A stretch of DNA of 64,000 nucleotides, from IMG/VR virus record IMGVR_UViG_3300021138_000004; one strand, 5' to 3'. Shown here one piece after another: positions 19,212 to 27,335 of this stretch. The stretch is from a virus. Its lineage: Duplodnaviria; Heunggongvirae; Uroviricota; Caudoviricetes. Each line of letters opens with the position of its first letter. Position 1 is the first letter of the stretch. Both the position numbers and the translations under genes were made by a program. The notes under the pieces were generated by a model, which was not told the origin of the DNA, made no database searches, and saw only the letters and a list, made by a program, of their open reading frames with translations.

Positions 19212-19487
19212 TCAATTCGACCAGTAAGACTCGGACCCGACCGAACAATGAAACGGAGTGTCGATGGCTTCTTCGATCCACTTACCACTCATGATGTTCT
19301 GCACCCAGCGATAGCCTTCCTTGGCCGGCTGTTCAACAAGATCTCCCGGATCGTTGGTATAGTGGAACTCACCTTTGCTGTGATCGTGCAGAATATACCT
19401 GGAAGTAGGGTTGCCGAACACCGATTCAGGAAGCAGAGCCCAACCAATGGACCGTGCGTTTTCTGGAGTGTTGCGGTAAGTGTGCAT
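19212..19487 (-). CDS. hypothetical protein (91 aa)
   Basis: ORF track; AAGGAG RBS. Confidence 0.6.
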   Translation of the reverse strand: MHTYRNTPENARSIGWALLPESVFGNPTSRYILHDHSKGEFHYTNDPGDLVEQPAKEGYRWVQNIMSGKWIEEAIDTPFHCSVGSESYWSN

Positions 19488-19515
19488 CTCGTCTGCTCCT
19501 TATTGTGCTGCGACT

Positions 19516-19544
19516 GTATTAACAACAGCACACGACCTTGTCAA
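19516..19544 (-). promoter_or_regulatory. sigma70-like early promoter (TTGACA-17-TAATAC)
   Basis: conserved spacer ...TGTGCTGTTG... shared with promoters at 19966, 20574 and 20914. Confidence 0.5.
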
Positions 19545-19550
19545 CAATTT

Positions 19551-19826
19551 TTAACGGATGCGGAAGAGATAGCTATTGCTGCCCTTGGCGAACACGATCT
19601 CAACGCCCGCGGCCTTGAGCGGACCATAGAGACGGTCTTCCTTTTCCTGAGCAGTCAGCTGGTTAGGAAACAGCGGGCGCTCGACCTTGACCACAGTGAA
19701 GGGCTTGCGATTGATACCGCGCTCATTTACGTAGAGCTTGGCGCCGTTGAAGAAGTCCTTGACGATGGCCTTGGTGCTCTCGACACGAAGGATGTGGTCG
19801 GGATCGTTGAAGAAATCTTCGTGCAT
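19551..19826 (-). CDS. hypothetical protein (91 aa)
   Basis: ORF track; AAGGAA RBS. Confidence 0.6.
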   Translation of the reverse strand: MHEDFFNDPDHILRVESTKAIVKDFFNGAKLYVNERGINRKPFTVVKVERPLFPNQLTAQEKEDRLYGPLKAAGVEIVFAKGSNSYLFRIR

Positions 19827-19836
19827 TTCCTTGGCC

Positions 19837-19935
19837 TAGCGGCAGCGATCCGCGGCGTCAAGCGCGGCGTGCTTGGCAGCAGCAAAGGAATAGGTAGTGT
19901 TGGTTTCGATTTCACGCTCTGCGAGGACATTCATG
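19837..19935 (-). CDS. small ORF (32 aa)
   Basis: ATG with GGAG RBS between promoter 19966..19994 and the next gene. Confidence 0.3.
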
Positions 19936-19965
19936 TTCGTTCTCCTTGTTTGTGTTGTGCTGTCA

Positions 19966-19994
19966 CTGTATTAGCAACAGCACAAGGCAATGTC
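19966..19994 (-). promoter_or_regulatory. sigma70-like early promoter (TTGACA-17-TAATAC)
   Basis: read on minus strand. Confidence 0.5.
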
Positions 19995-20004
19995 AAGAAC
20001 TATT

Positions 20005-20223
20005 TTACTGGTTGACCGCCAAACTTGCTTCGGTGTCTTCGATGTCCAATCCCATAGCGGTAGATTCGGCCCATGTCAAATCTCGATCGTCATTCAATTC
20101 AAGAACAGGAAATAGCTTGACATGGTCGCCATTTGGCAGCAGAATCATACGAGGACTGACATCGTCTAACCGGCTGCCCTCAGGGACTTCAATCGTCCCT
20201 GAGAGTGTGAACTTGATAATCAT
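20005..20223 (-). CDS. hypothetical protein (72 aa)
   Basis: ORF track; immediately downstream of tRNA-Lys. Confidence 0.55.
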   Translation of the reverse strand: MIIKFTLSGTIEVPEGSRLDDVSPRMILLPNGDHVKLFPVLELNDDRDLTWAESTAMGLDIEDTEASLAVNQ

Positions 20224-20249
20224 TGGGCTTCATCCTCTTCTAAACAGTT

Positions 20250-20326
20250 TGGTGGACCCTCTGGGACTCGAACCCAGGACAACCGCATTAAAAGTGCGAT
20301 GCTCTAACCTACTGAGCTAAGGGTCC
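20250..20326 (-). tRNA. tRNA-Lys (anticodon UUU), CCA encoded
   Basis: hand-folded cloverleaf: acceptor GGACCCT/AGGGTCC, D arm GCTC/GAGC, anticodon stem TCGCA/TGCGG with loop CTTTTAA, T arm CTGGG-TTCGAGT-CCCAG. Confidence 0.85.
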
Positions 20327-20336
20327 ATTAACTTAT

Positions 20337-20546
20337 TTAAGCAACACGCCAGTTTTCAATGACCATTGTATCGCGGAAATCCTCGTAGAGGTATCCTTCT
20401 TCCATGGCAGCGATCAGTGCATCGCCGTTGCCGATGATTCGTTCACCATGGCAGTTTTCCATGATGTATTCGGAGTATTCCATATCGAGCCGACAGTCGT
20501 CAAACGCCTCTTCGAACTCTTCAACAGTCTGGAACTTCTTGGTCAT
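20337..20546 (-). CDS. hypothetical protein (69 aa)
   Basis: ORF track; AGGAG RBS. Confidence 0.6.
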   Translation of the reverse strand: MTKKFQTVEEFEEAFDDCRLDMEYSEYIMENCHGERIIGNGDALIAAMEEGYLYEDFRDTMVIENWRVA

Positions 20547-20573
20547 TGCGCGACTCCTTTGTTTGTTGTGCTA

Positions 20574-20602
20574 TGTATAGCAACAGCACATGACCTTGTC
20601 AA
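20574..20602 (-). promoter_or_regulatory. sigma70-like early promoter (TTGACA-17-TATACA)
   Basis: read on minus strand. Confidence 0.55.
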
Positions 20603-20606
20603 TGAT

Positions 20607-20882
20607 TTATTCTGCCTCTTCAATCCAATTCAGGACCTTGTAGAACTCTTCGCGCGGAGCAGTATCCTGCCGATAGATACGATCGCTAAGGATATCAACG
20701 TCGCGATCGTCGAGGAAGTCAGCAAGATTGCCGGCATTGTAAGCGATATCGTCATCGAGCATTGCCACCATTTCGGTGTCGCCTTTCTTTGCCCAATATT
20801 CGGTCTGCAAACGAAAATCCTCGAGAACCCGCAGCATCTCATTCTTGATCTGTTCAACGAGTTCATCAGTGGCCTTAGCCAT
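20607..20882 (-). CDS. hypothetical protein (91 aa)
   Basis: ORF track. Confidence 0.6.
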   Translation of the reverse strand: MAKATDELVEQIKNEMLRVLEDFRLQTEYWAKKGDTEMVAMLDDDIAYNAGNLADFLDDRDVDILSDRIYRQDTAPREEFYKVLNWIEEAE

Positions 20883-20913
20883 TTACCTGCTCCTGTGTTT
20901 GTGTTGCTGCTAC

Positions 20914-20942
20914 TTAATAGCAACAGCAACACACCTTGTCAA
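20914..20942 (-). promoter_or_regulatory. sigma70-like early promoter (TTGACA-17-TATTAA)
   Basis: read on minus strand. Confidence 0.5.
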
Positions 20943-20968
20943 CTGGTTAATCGTTGAAAATCTCAATT

Positions 20969-21295
20969 TCATCTTCGAACTTGTCGACGAGGTAGTGATC
21001 GGTGCGCCAGCATTTCTTCAACCAAACGAACTGCCTTTGCGCTTTCACCGCCGACGTGCCATTCATAGCCGCGCCGCGGAGTGCCCGAGTAAGTCTTCCA
21101 GTCATAGATGGTGGCAACAGTGCCGTCTTCGAATTCGATGATCCATTCGCAGGTCACCTTGCCATCGATGTCAGAATCGGGCCCGTCATTGGGCTCGCCC
21201 AGGATCGCCTTGATCTCGTCATAGGTTGCGAACACATAGCCCTGAAGATGAGTCATGTTGGCCGCGAAGAAGTCGTCTTGTTTGATGAAATCCAT
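20969..21295 (-). CDS. hypothetical protein (108 aa)
   Basis: ORF track. Confidence 0.55.
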   Translation of the reverse strand: MDFIKQDDFFAANMTHLQGYVFATYDEIKAILGEPNDGPDSDIDGKVTCEWIIEFEDGTVATIYDWKTYSGTPRRGYEWHVGGESAKAVRLVEEMLAHRSLPRRQVRR

Positions 21296-21352
21296 TTACT
21301 TGCTCCTTTGTTTGTGCTGTGACAATAGCATCATAGACAGTTAAGTCAATGA

Positions 21353-21715
21353 TTATTTCAACAGCGCAGGATCAAACTTACCGTATTCGATCTTGGCCAG
21401 TTCGCGCTGACACTTGCCGTTCTTGTAGTAATTGCGCCACAGGTCACCGCTTTCCTCGCCTTCGCCCGACAAGATGAACAGCAAGTCCGGATACCTGCGG
21501 CTGATTTCCAGCATATTTTCGTCGTATTCATACCACTTGTGGGTATCATCGTCGAAGAGGCTGTCGTAGCCCGAAAGGTCTACGAGTTCGCGAGTGACTT
21601 CGTCTTTATCGATGCCGATATTGACTTTGATCTTTTCGCCCTTGGCATCTACGCCAGTTACCCAGCGTTCACCGGTGCCGGAGATTTCAAGATCGAACTT
21701 GGTATAATAGCCCAT
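21353..21715 (-). CDS. hypothetical protein (120 aa)
   Basis: ORF track. Confidence 0.6.
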   Translation of the reverse strand: MGYYTKFDLEISGTGERWVTGVDAKGEKIKVNIGIDKDEVTRELVDLSGYDSLFDDDTHKWYEYDENMLEISRRYPDLLFILSGEGEESGDLWRNYYKNGKCQRELAKIEYGKFDPALLK

Positions 21716-21726
21716 TTCTGCTCCTA

Positions 21727-22083
21727 TTACAGTTTGAAGAACTTGTTGACCATGTCGGCCGCAGCTTGGCCAGCAGCCGAATTCAGTGCTGCATCGGCAC
21801 GATTGGCATTTTCGAGCTCGGTGACCTGGCGATCATACTCGTCGAGCGTGTCAGCCAACTTGCCGGAAATGATTCCGTCGAGCATAATATCGGCATACTT
21901 GCCACTGGTCACCAGCTGGTTGTCGATCCACACAGTGGCAACCCATCCGCCGCCTTTGAGCTCATCGATTTCGACATTGTGTTGAATGCCAAACAGCTCG
22001 TTCATGAGCTTGTGCTTGATCTTCATACAGTCAATTTCAAACTGTGACTCAAGGCGTTGGGTTGCAAGAACTGCCCTCTTCAT
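21727..22083 (-). CDS. hypothetical protein (118 aa)
   Basis: ORF track; AAGGAG RBS. Confidence 0.6.
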   Translation of the reverse strand: MKRAVLATQRLESQFEIDCMKIKHKLMNELFGIQHNVEIDELKGGGWVATVWIDNQLVTSGKYADIMLDGIISGKLADTLDEYDRQVTELENANRADAALNSAAGQAAADMVNKFFKL

Positions 22084-22095
22084 TGTGTATTCTCC

Positions 22096-22398
22096 TTAGA
22101 TAGACTGGCTATCTTTGTTGGATTCCATTGCTTCCAGCGCGGCCTTGTCGGCAGCAGCCTTTTCCTTGGGCGACAGCGGCGCAGTCTCGTGCTTGATCAG
22201 TGCCGCATGGTCTTCGGCGCTCATGCGCGACAAGATGTCCTCGCGAGCTGCTTGGAGACGAACAAGTTCTGCATCTCCGTTTTCAGGATATACCCGACCA
22301 AGCACAACCTGTGATTTTACTCCTGCAATGCGGAGTTCACAGTGCTTCAAATGAAGCTGCTCTGCGGTGTATTCGAATGCTTTCTTGCTCATGTTCAA
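22096..22398 (-). CDS. hypothetical protein (100 aa)
   Basis: ORF track; promoter 22424..22456. Confidence 0.6.
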   Translation of the reverse strand: MNMSKKAFEYTAEQLHLKHCELRIAGVKSQVVLGRVYPENGDAELVRLQAAREDILSRMSAEDHAALIKHETAPLSPKEKAAADKAALEAMESNKDSQSI

Positions 22399-22423
22399 TT
22401 CCTTGCTTTGTTGTTCTATAAAA

Positions 22424-22456
22424 TGACACTAGCGCCCTTCGACGCTAGTGTCAAGA
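22424..22456 (-). promoter_or_regulatory. palindromic sigma70-like promoter (TTGACACTAGCG...CGCTAGTGTCA)
   Basis: minus strand TTGACA-17-TAGTGT; 11-bp inverted repeat. Confidence 0.5.
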
Positions 22457-22461
22457 TATTA

Positions 22462-23118
22462 TTAGTCCGCTACTGGAACTTCAGGAAAATCCCATTCCAT
22501 GTGGACGGCCAGCTGTTCCAGTTCATACCGCTCGAACCGCTGGCAGCCGATCTGAACATGGTCGGCATTGACCTCAGCACACTTGGTGTAGCCGTTGTAG
22601 CTTTGGTAGTCCATCACATCGCTGACCTTGCGGCCAGCAGCCCACCGCGCCGCAGCGAAGTTCCACAGGCGTCGGACCGTGTTCGGCGTTGCGCGATGAT
22701 CTGCATCACCCCGGGTGCGACGGATGAAGTTCTTGCCGAAGGTCACATGGGTGGCCACAGTCCAGCCATCGGGCACATCAGCGAACGGATACGGCGGCAC
22801 CGGCGGCTTATTGGCTTCCAGGGTGTCGAGAATGTGTTGCTTGACTTCCGAGAACTGGCGAACAGTGTCGATATCTTCCTCGGTGAGTGTGATACCTTTC
22901 TGCTCCAGCAGCATGGGCAAGGCCGGTGAGTTGTCGTCCAGTGCCGCCATCAGGTTCTTGACACTGAAGAACTGCTGGACATTGTCCACGATCAGCACAG
23001 TGACCGCAGGATCCTTGTAAAGTTCGGCCAGCGTGGTGGCCATTTCCTCGGTCTTGAGCTTGTTCAAACCAGCACGATCGACGACCGTGCCTGCATTCAA
23101 CTTGGTAATGAAAGTCAT
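22462..23118 (-). CDS. hypothetical protein (218 aa)
   Basis: ORF track. Confidence 0.6.
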   Translation of the reverse strand: MTFITKLNAGTVVDRAGLNKLKTEEMATTLAELYKDPAVTVLIVDNVQQFFSVKNLMAALDDNSPALPMLLEQKGITLTEEDIDTVRQFSEVKQHILDTLEANKPPVPPYPFADVPDGWTVATHVTFGKNFIRRTRGDADHRATPNTVRRLWNFAAARWAAGRKVSDVMDYQSYNGYTKCAEVNADHVQIGCQRFERYELEQLAVHMEWDFPEVPVAD

Positions 23119-23183
23119 TTGCTTCGCTCCTTTGTGTTGCGCTCGTTGTATAGCGCGGCATTATTGGGCTGTCAACGACTATT

Positions 23184-23480
23184 TTAACCGTTGTCCATCC
23201 ATGCGTTTGGAAAATCTTCGTAGACGTGAATGCGATACCTACGCCGCAGCGAGCCTCCCCACTGCCGCCGGTCGACACTTTTCAGTTCCACAATTTGACT
23301 TTTGATACCTGCACCCTTGAGCATCAGCTGAAAGGATTCGTATTGCGGCAAATCCCAGCCCCAGACCTTGAGACTGCGGCGACCATCAGCTAGTAGATCA
23401 TTGAAGATGTGATTGCCTTTGCCAGTGTGTTTGATATGACGACGAGCCAAGCGGCGGGTTTCGGTAACATACATGATCAA
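23184..23480 (-). CDS. hypothetical basic protein (98 aa)
   Basis: ORF track. Confidence 0.5.
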   Translation of the reverse strand: MIMYVTETRRLARRHIKHTGKGNHIFNDLLADGRRSLKVWGWDLPQYESFQLMLKGAGIKSQIVELKSVDRRQWGGSLRRRYRIHVYEDFPNAWMDNG

Positions 23481-23496
23481 ACCTCCTTACAAAAGA

Positions 23497-23661
23497 TCAA
23501 CGAGAGGTGTTAAATCCGTGGACAATATGTCCAAAGAAAGCACCGATCATTTCAGGATGAAGGATGGTGTAACCGGCGGCACTGAAAATAGCCAAGACCA
23601 GAAATACCACAAAGGCAAACCAGATTTTGAAGAACAACGGCATCTCAAATTGATTACGCAT
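23497..23661 (-). CDS. small membrane protein (54 aa), below the ORF-track threshold
   Basis: ATG after AAGGAG RBS and promoter 23679..23719; hydrophobic FFKIWFAFVVFLVLAIF. Confidence 0.4.
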   Translation of the reverse strand: MRNQFEMPLFFKIWFAFVVFLVLAIFSAAGYTILHPEMIGAFFGHIVHGFNTSR

Positions 23662-23678
23662 CACAGTCTCCTTGAAAA

Positions 23679-23719
23679 ACTCTGTGCAGACACACTAGCA
23701 CCTGCACAGAGTCTGTCAA
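23679..23719 (-). promoter_or_regulatory. sigma70-like promoter with inverted repeat ctctgtgcag...ctgcacagag (-10 TAGTGT)
   Basis: minus strand TTGACA-16-TAGTGT; 10-bp inverted repeat. Confidence 0.5.
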
Positions 23720-23761
23720 CTGAATATTTGAGGTTTGCGCTGGGTTTGTATAAATAATAAT

Positions 23762-24469
23762 ATGATACCTGGATATGCTTATTTGATTGAAAACACTGTT
23801 ACTGGACAGTATTATTATGGATCTCGGACTGCTAATGTTAGGCATAATCGATTGCCTGTAGATGACCTGTGGAAATGTTATTTCACTTCATCGCGCGATG
23901 TTAAACGAATAATCAAGGAATTTGGAAATGAATCGTTTGTTGTCAAAGTGGTATTTGAGAGCACCGATTTAGATGAAGTGTATTGGGTAGAACAGTCACT
24001 GATTAAACAATATATTGAAGATCCCCAGTGCATTAACAAAAAATATCAAGATAAAGATTCGGGACACGAGATTTTCAGCACCGCCGGTAAAATTTCATGG
24101 AATAAAGGATTACCTTCTTTGAAAAAAGGTATAACCCGATCTCCGGAAATTAAGGCAAAGATAAGTGAAGCTAGAAAAGGTAAAGGTCTAGGGATTGCAC
24201 CTTCGAATAAAGGAATCCCTATGTCTCCTGAAAGGTATGATCTGCATATGGCTGCAATTTCTAAACGAAGGTCTTATGCGGGCGAAAACAATCACTTCTT
24301 TGGAAAAACTCATTCACCCGAAATCAAAGCCCTCATTGCAGCAAACACTAGCAAAGCACAAAAGGGCAAGCCTAAAACTAAAAAGGCTTGCCCTCATTGT
24401 GAAAAATTATATGCACCTCACCTTATGTCACGACATCGGTGTGTTATGCCGCCCGACGTAGAAGCGTAG
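23762..24469 (+). CDS. GIY-YIG (Seg-like) homing endonuclease
   Basis: MIPGYAYLIENTVTGQYYYGSR...DLW..YFTSS shared with 28173 and 46744 genes; C-terminal repeated SPEIKAKISEARKGK units. Confidence 0.75.
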   Translation: MIPGYAYLIENTVTGQYYYGSRTANVRHNRLPVDDLWKCYFTSSRDVKRIIKEFGNESFVVKVVFESTDLDEVYWVEQSLIKQYIEDPQCINKKYQDKDSGHEIFSTAGKISWNKGLPSLKKGITRSPEIKAKISEARKGKGLGIAPSNKGIPMSPERYDLHMAAISKRRSYAGENNHFFGKTHSPEIKALIAANTSKAQKGKPKTKKACPHCEKLYAPHLMSRHRCVMPPDVEA

Positions 24470-25301
24470 TTTTTGCCATTGCTTGCCAATTGAGTGGAAA
24501 GCTCTTTCGCAAATCGGCCAATTTCAACACAATTCGCAGCGATAATTCTCGCATGGTAGTTTTGTGGTCGTCTACAAATTGGATCAACTCATCTTTCACT
24601 ACATCGTCGAACTTGTAGTCACTGAGCATACCGTCGTTGACGATCTGTTTGATACGAAGCATTTTCTCTCGAGTAGTGTCCATTTCGAGGTCGATATAAT
24701 GGCATCGTGATTCAAGTGCGTTCAGGTGTTCTTTGAGAGTCTTGCTGCGAACATGAGCAAACTTGATGTTCGTAATAAAGATTACCGCACCTTTGAACTC
24801 AAACCGATTTGGAATCCCTTCTCCTCGCAGAAGGCGCGAATCAGTATTCCACGAAATCCATCGCTTTTTGCCGCTATCGAGTGCAGCTTTGAGCAAGTTC
24901 AGACATTGCATATCATAAAAGATATTGTCAGCATCATCGAACACTACGACATTACCTGCCTCAGAGAACTCATGCAGTTTGGCGTAAAGTCCGAGGGCAC
25001 TAAGGCTGCCCTTGACGATCTCGAACTTGGGCTTCCAACCTGCAATGTTGTCAAACAGGCCCTGCTTATTGAGCTCTTCTTCGACGCCGAATGACTTGCC
25101 TACACCTGGAGGTCCAGACACGATCATTGCACGAACAGCGCCGCTCTTAACGGCCGCAGTCATCTGCGTGAGAACCTCAAAACGGCCACGCAGTCGTTCA
25201 ACAATTTGTTCGTCAGTTTCGCGCTCAACTTCAGCAGCTCGGAGGGCAATTGCCTCCTGATCGAACTCGATGATATTGGTCTTCATTTCTCGCTTGGCCA
25301 T
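24444..25301 (-). CDS. AAA+ ATPase (possibly clamp-loader/RFC-like)
   Basis: Walker A GPPGVGKS, Walker B VVVFDDAD, SRC-like LESRCHYI; start MAKREMK with AGGAG RBS. Confidence 0.6.
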   Translation of the reverse strand: MAKREMKTNIIEFDQEAIALRAAEVERETDEQIVERLRGRFEVLTQMTAAVKSGAVRAMIVSGPPGVGKSFGVEEELNKQGLFDNIAGWKPKFEIVKGSLSALGLYAKLHEFSEAGNVVVFDDADNIFYDMQCLNLLKAALDSGKKRWISWNTDSRLLRGEGIPNRFEFKGAVIFITNIKFAHVRSKTLKEHLNALESRCHYIDLEMDTTREKMLRIKQIVNDGMLSDYKFDDVVKDELIQFVDDHKTTMRELSLRIVLKLADLRKSFPLNWQAMAKTTLLRRAA

Positions 25302-25358
25302 GTGTGCTCCTTTGCTGTGAAGTTGTGTTATAGCTGACTCTGCAAAGTATGTCAACGA

Positions 25359-25517
25359 TTATTCTGCAGAAATTTTCGCACTCATTACCGTGTCGGCAAT
25401 CTCACTGTCCATGAGAACAGATGCAGCGAACGCTTGAAGAGTTTCCAGTGCAAGACGAACATCGTCTTGTTGAATGGCACTGAAAATTTCGTTGTAGGTA
25501 TCGGTCAGTTCGTCCAT
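25359..25517 (-). CDS. small acidic protein (52 aa, start MDELTDTY)
   Basis: ORF track 25359..25631 would overlap the tRNA; internal ATG has GGAG RBS. Confidence 0.45.
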   Translation of the reverse strand: MDELTDTYNEIFSAIQQDDVRLALETLQAFAASVLMDSEIADTVMSAKISAE

Positions 25518-25549
25518 ACCAAATACTCCAAAGAATGGTGCGATTAAAA

Positions 25550-25636
25550 TTGGTGGGCGCGGTCGGACTCGAACCGACACGGGGGAACCCCGGGAGATTT
25601 TAAGTCTCCTGCGTATGACCAGTTTCGCCACGCGCC
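25550..25636 (-). tRNA. tRNA-Leu (anticodon UAA), type II long variable arm, CCA encoded
   Basis: hand-folded: acceptor GGGCGCG/CGCGCCC, anticodon stem GGAGA/TCTCC with loop CTTAAAA, variable arm GGGG-TTC-CCCC, T arm GTCGG-TTCGAGT-CCGAC. Confidence 0.85.
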
Positions 25637-26220
25637 CTTAATTTTTTCGCTCTTACATAGTTTCCGCCTTTTGGCGTAAGTCCTACTTTCTGTAATGCTT
25701 GACGAATATTAGCTGATTCTGTCAACGCTGTCAAGAGTTTTTCGTCATCGATTTTTACCTTTCCTGTGTTAATGTTCCTACCCCGCCAAGTTGGCGTTAA
25801 GGCGTGACAGTTACAACACAACAGTTTCAGGTTCGATTTGATATTATTCCTGTTATCTCCGTCAGTATGTTCGAGTTCTAACGGAATAGGTTGATGATTC
25901 CACTCGGTTAGATTGCACTCTTCACACTGATGTCCGCGTTCTTGAATAAGGAATTGTTTATGATTCCCGGTTCCGTTGTATTCAAACACCGTTTTTGGAA
26001 AAACATCTTTGTTCCATGCCATTTTCTTTTTTGAATCATCTGGCAGATCTCTATAAGCGTCACTACCGGATTTTCTTTTCCCAGTTTCGTAGACTAGTTT
26101 AGTAGAATCCGAATTGATTTTCTTGAGAACTGAACAACCCGAAGGCCGTTTAGAACAACAATTTTTTCCATTCTTTAATTGAAACTTAGCTTCTTTACCA
26201 CATCCATAATCGCAATACAT
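25600..26220 (-). CDS. HNH endonuclease (zinc-finger type)
   Basis: CCNCHALTPTWRGRN HNH core with N-terminal Cys cluster; AGGAG RBS; 3' end overlaps the tRNA-Leu 5' end. Confidence 0.75.
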   Translation of the reverse strand: MYCDYGCGKEAKFQLKNGKNCCSKRPSGCSVLKKINSDSTKLVYETGKRKSGSDAYRDLPDDSKKKMAWNKDVFPKTVFEYNGTGNHKQFLIQERGHQCEECNLTEWNHQPIPLELEHTDGDNRNNIKSNLKLLCCNCHALTPTWRGRNINTGKVKIDDEKLLTALTESANIRQALQKVGLTPKGGNYVRAKKLRARGETGHTQET

Positions 26221-26330
26221 GACACTTCTCCTGCCACGTATTTATTCTGGTAGGCATAAAGTTAAGTTAAAATTACCTATTCCGCCACGCTCGCATTGTT
26301 TGCCTATTATAGCTTATGCCTTAGGCAATG

Positions 26331-26582
26331 TCAACTGATTCCAAAAAATATCTTTATCCGCTTGCTGACTGCGTCTGCACCAATGCGGAACACTCGAGCT
26401 CGCGCCGGAGTAAATGAATATTCAGCATCGTCCTTGGCCCGCTCGCATTGGGCAACGCAATCATCAATGACGCATTTGGCGAACTTCTCGATCGCACTGG
26501 CAGACACTGATGAATAGTCACCGTCTCGCGGCCAAACAGTGAAGGTGCTTTCTTCCCAAAGTGCTTTGATGTAGTTGTTCAC
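26331..26582 (-). CDS. hypothetical protein (83 aa)
   Basis: ORF track. Confidence 0.6.
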   Translation of the reverse strand: MNNYIKALWEESTFTVWPRDGDYSSVSASAIEKFAKCVIDDCVAQCERAKDDAEYSFTPARARVFRIGADAVSKRIKIFFGIS

Positions 26583-26611
26583 TGTTTGGCTGCTCCTTTG
26601 TTGCGCTGCTA

Positions 26612-26639
26612 GTTATAGCACAATTTCAGATGAAGTCAA
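26612..26639 (-). promoter_or_regulatory. sigma70-like early promoter (TTGACT-16-TATAAC)
   Basis: read on minus strand. Confidence 0.45.
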
Positions 26640-27013
26640 GCGGGTTCAAAAGAAATCTTGAGTCCCATCTCGGCGGCAACATCCTTAAGTGCCTCTAGAT
26701 CGGCCACTGCGTCATCGTAATTCCGCTTGTCGCCTTGGTAGTTCAACTTAAGGAGCAAGTTGACGGCCGGCTCCACTTCAAAAGTTACAGGAACAATGAA
26801 TCCTTCGAGATAGCCGGCAGCCATCTCGGCTTTGCCCTCGCGGATCCATTCAACAGCAGACCGCATAGTATCGGAAGTTTCTTCAACGTGGCGACGAAAA
26901 GCCTTGGCATATTCGTTGTTTGACGTTTCGAAAAAGTCGTGAAGATACACGCCGCGAGCGCCCTCCATATCAATCATGCAGTGCTTGGCGGCAATCAATT
27001 CCAGATCGTTCAT
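26636..27013 (-). CDS. hypothetical protein (125 aa)
   Basis: ORF track. Confidence 0.6.
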   Translation of the reverse strand: MNDLELIAAKHCMIDMEGARGVYLHDFFETSNNEYAKAFRRHVEETSDTMRSAVEWIREGKAEMAAGYLEGFIVPVTFEVEPAVNLLLKLNYQGDKRNYDDAVADLEALKDVAAEMGLKISFEPA

Positions 27014-27069
27014 TTTCTGCTCCTTTGTTGTGCGCCTATACTAGCACAAGATTAGGCAATGTCAACAAA

Positions 27070-27330
27070 TTAGTTCACCGGATACAGCACAATCGACGTT
27101 GGACGACTCTGCATTTCCTCAAACTCGTCGTCGTCCATGCAACAGTCGTCGGCGCTGAAATGCAGATCGTAGAAATCGCCACTCCACGTGGAATCCGGAA
27201 CGTAATATCCTTCATCGGCACCAGCCAAGGGCGAATAGCCATTGCCCTCGGAGTCCTTCTGCAGGACGATTTCGGTTTCGGGATCAAAGCCCTTGAGATA
27301 GTTGATGAGTTCCTTGACGTTCATTTTCAT
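27070..27330 (-). CDS. hypothetical acidic protein (86 aa)
   Basis: ORF track. Confidence 0.6.
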   Translation of the reverse strand: MKMNVKELINYLKGFDPETEIVLQKDSEGNGYSPLAGADEGYYVPDSTWSGDFYDLHFSADDCCMDDDEFEEMQSRPTSIVLYPVN

Positions 27331-27335
27331 TTCTC

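Noticed and set aside
18912-20015. 367-aa plus-strand ORF
   Set aside because: It spans three independently supported minus-strand genes and their promoters. It has no start context and is likely a frame artefact.
24195-24461. 88-aa plus-strand ORF inside the GIY-YIG gene 23762..24469
   Set aside because: It is an alternative frame of a well-supported HEG.
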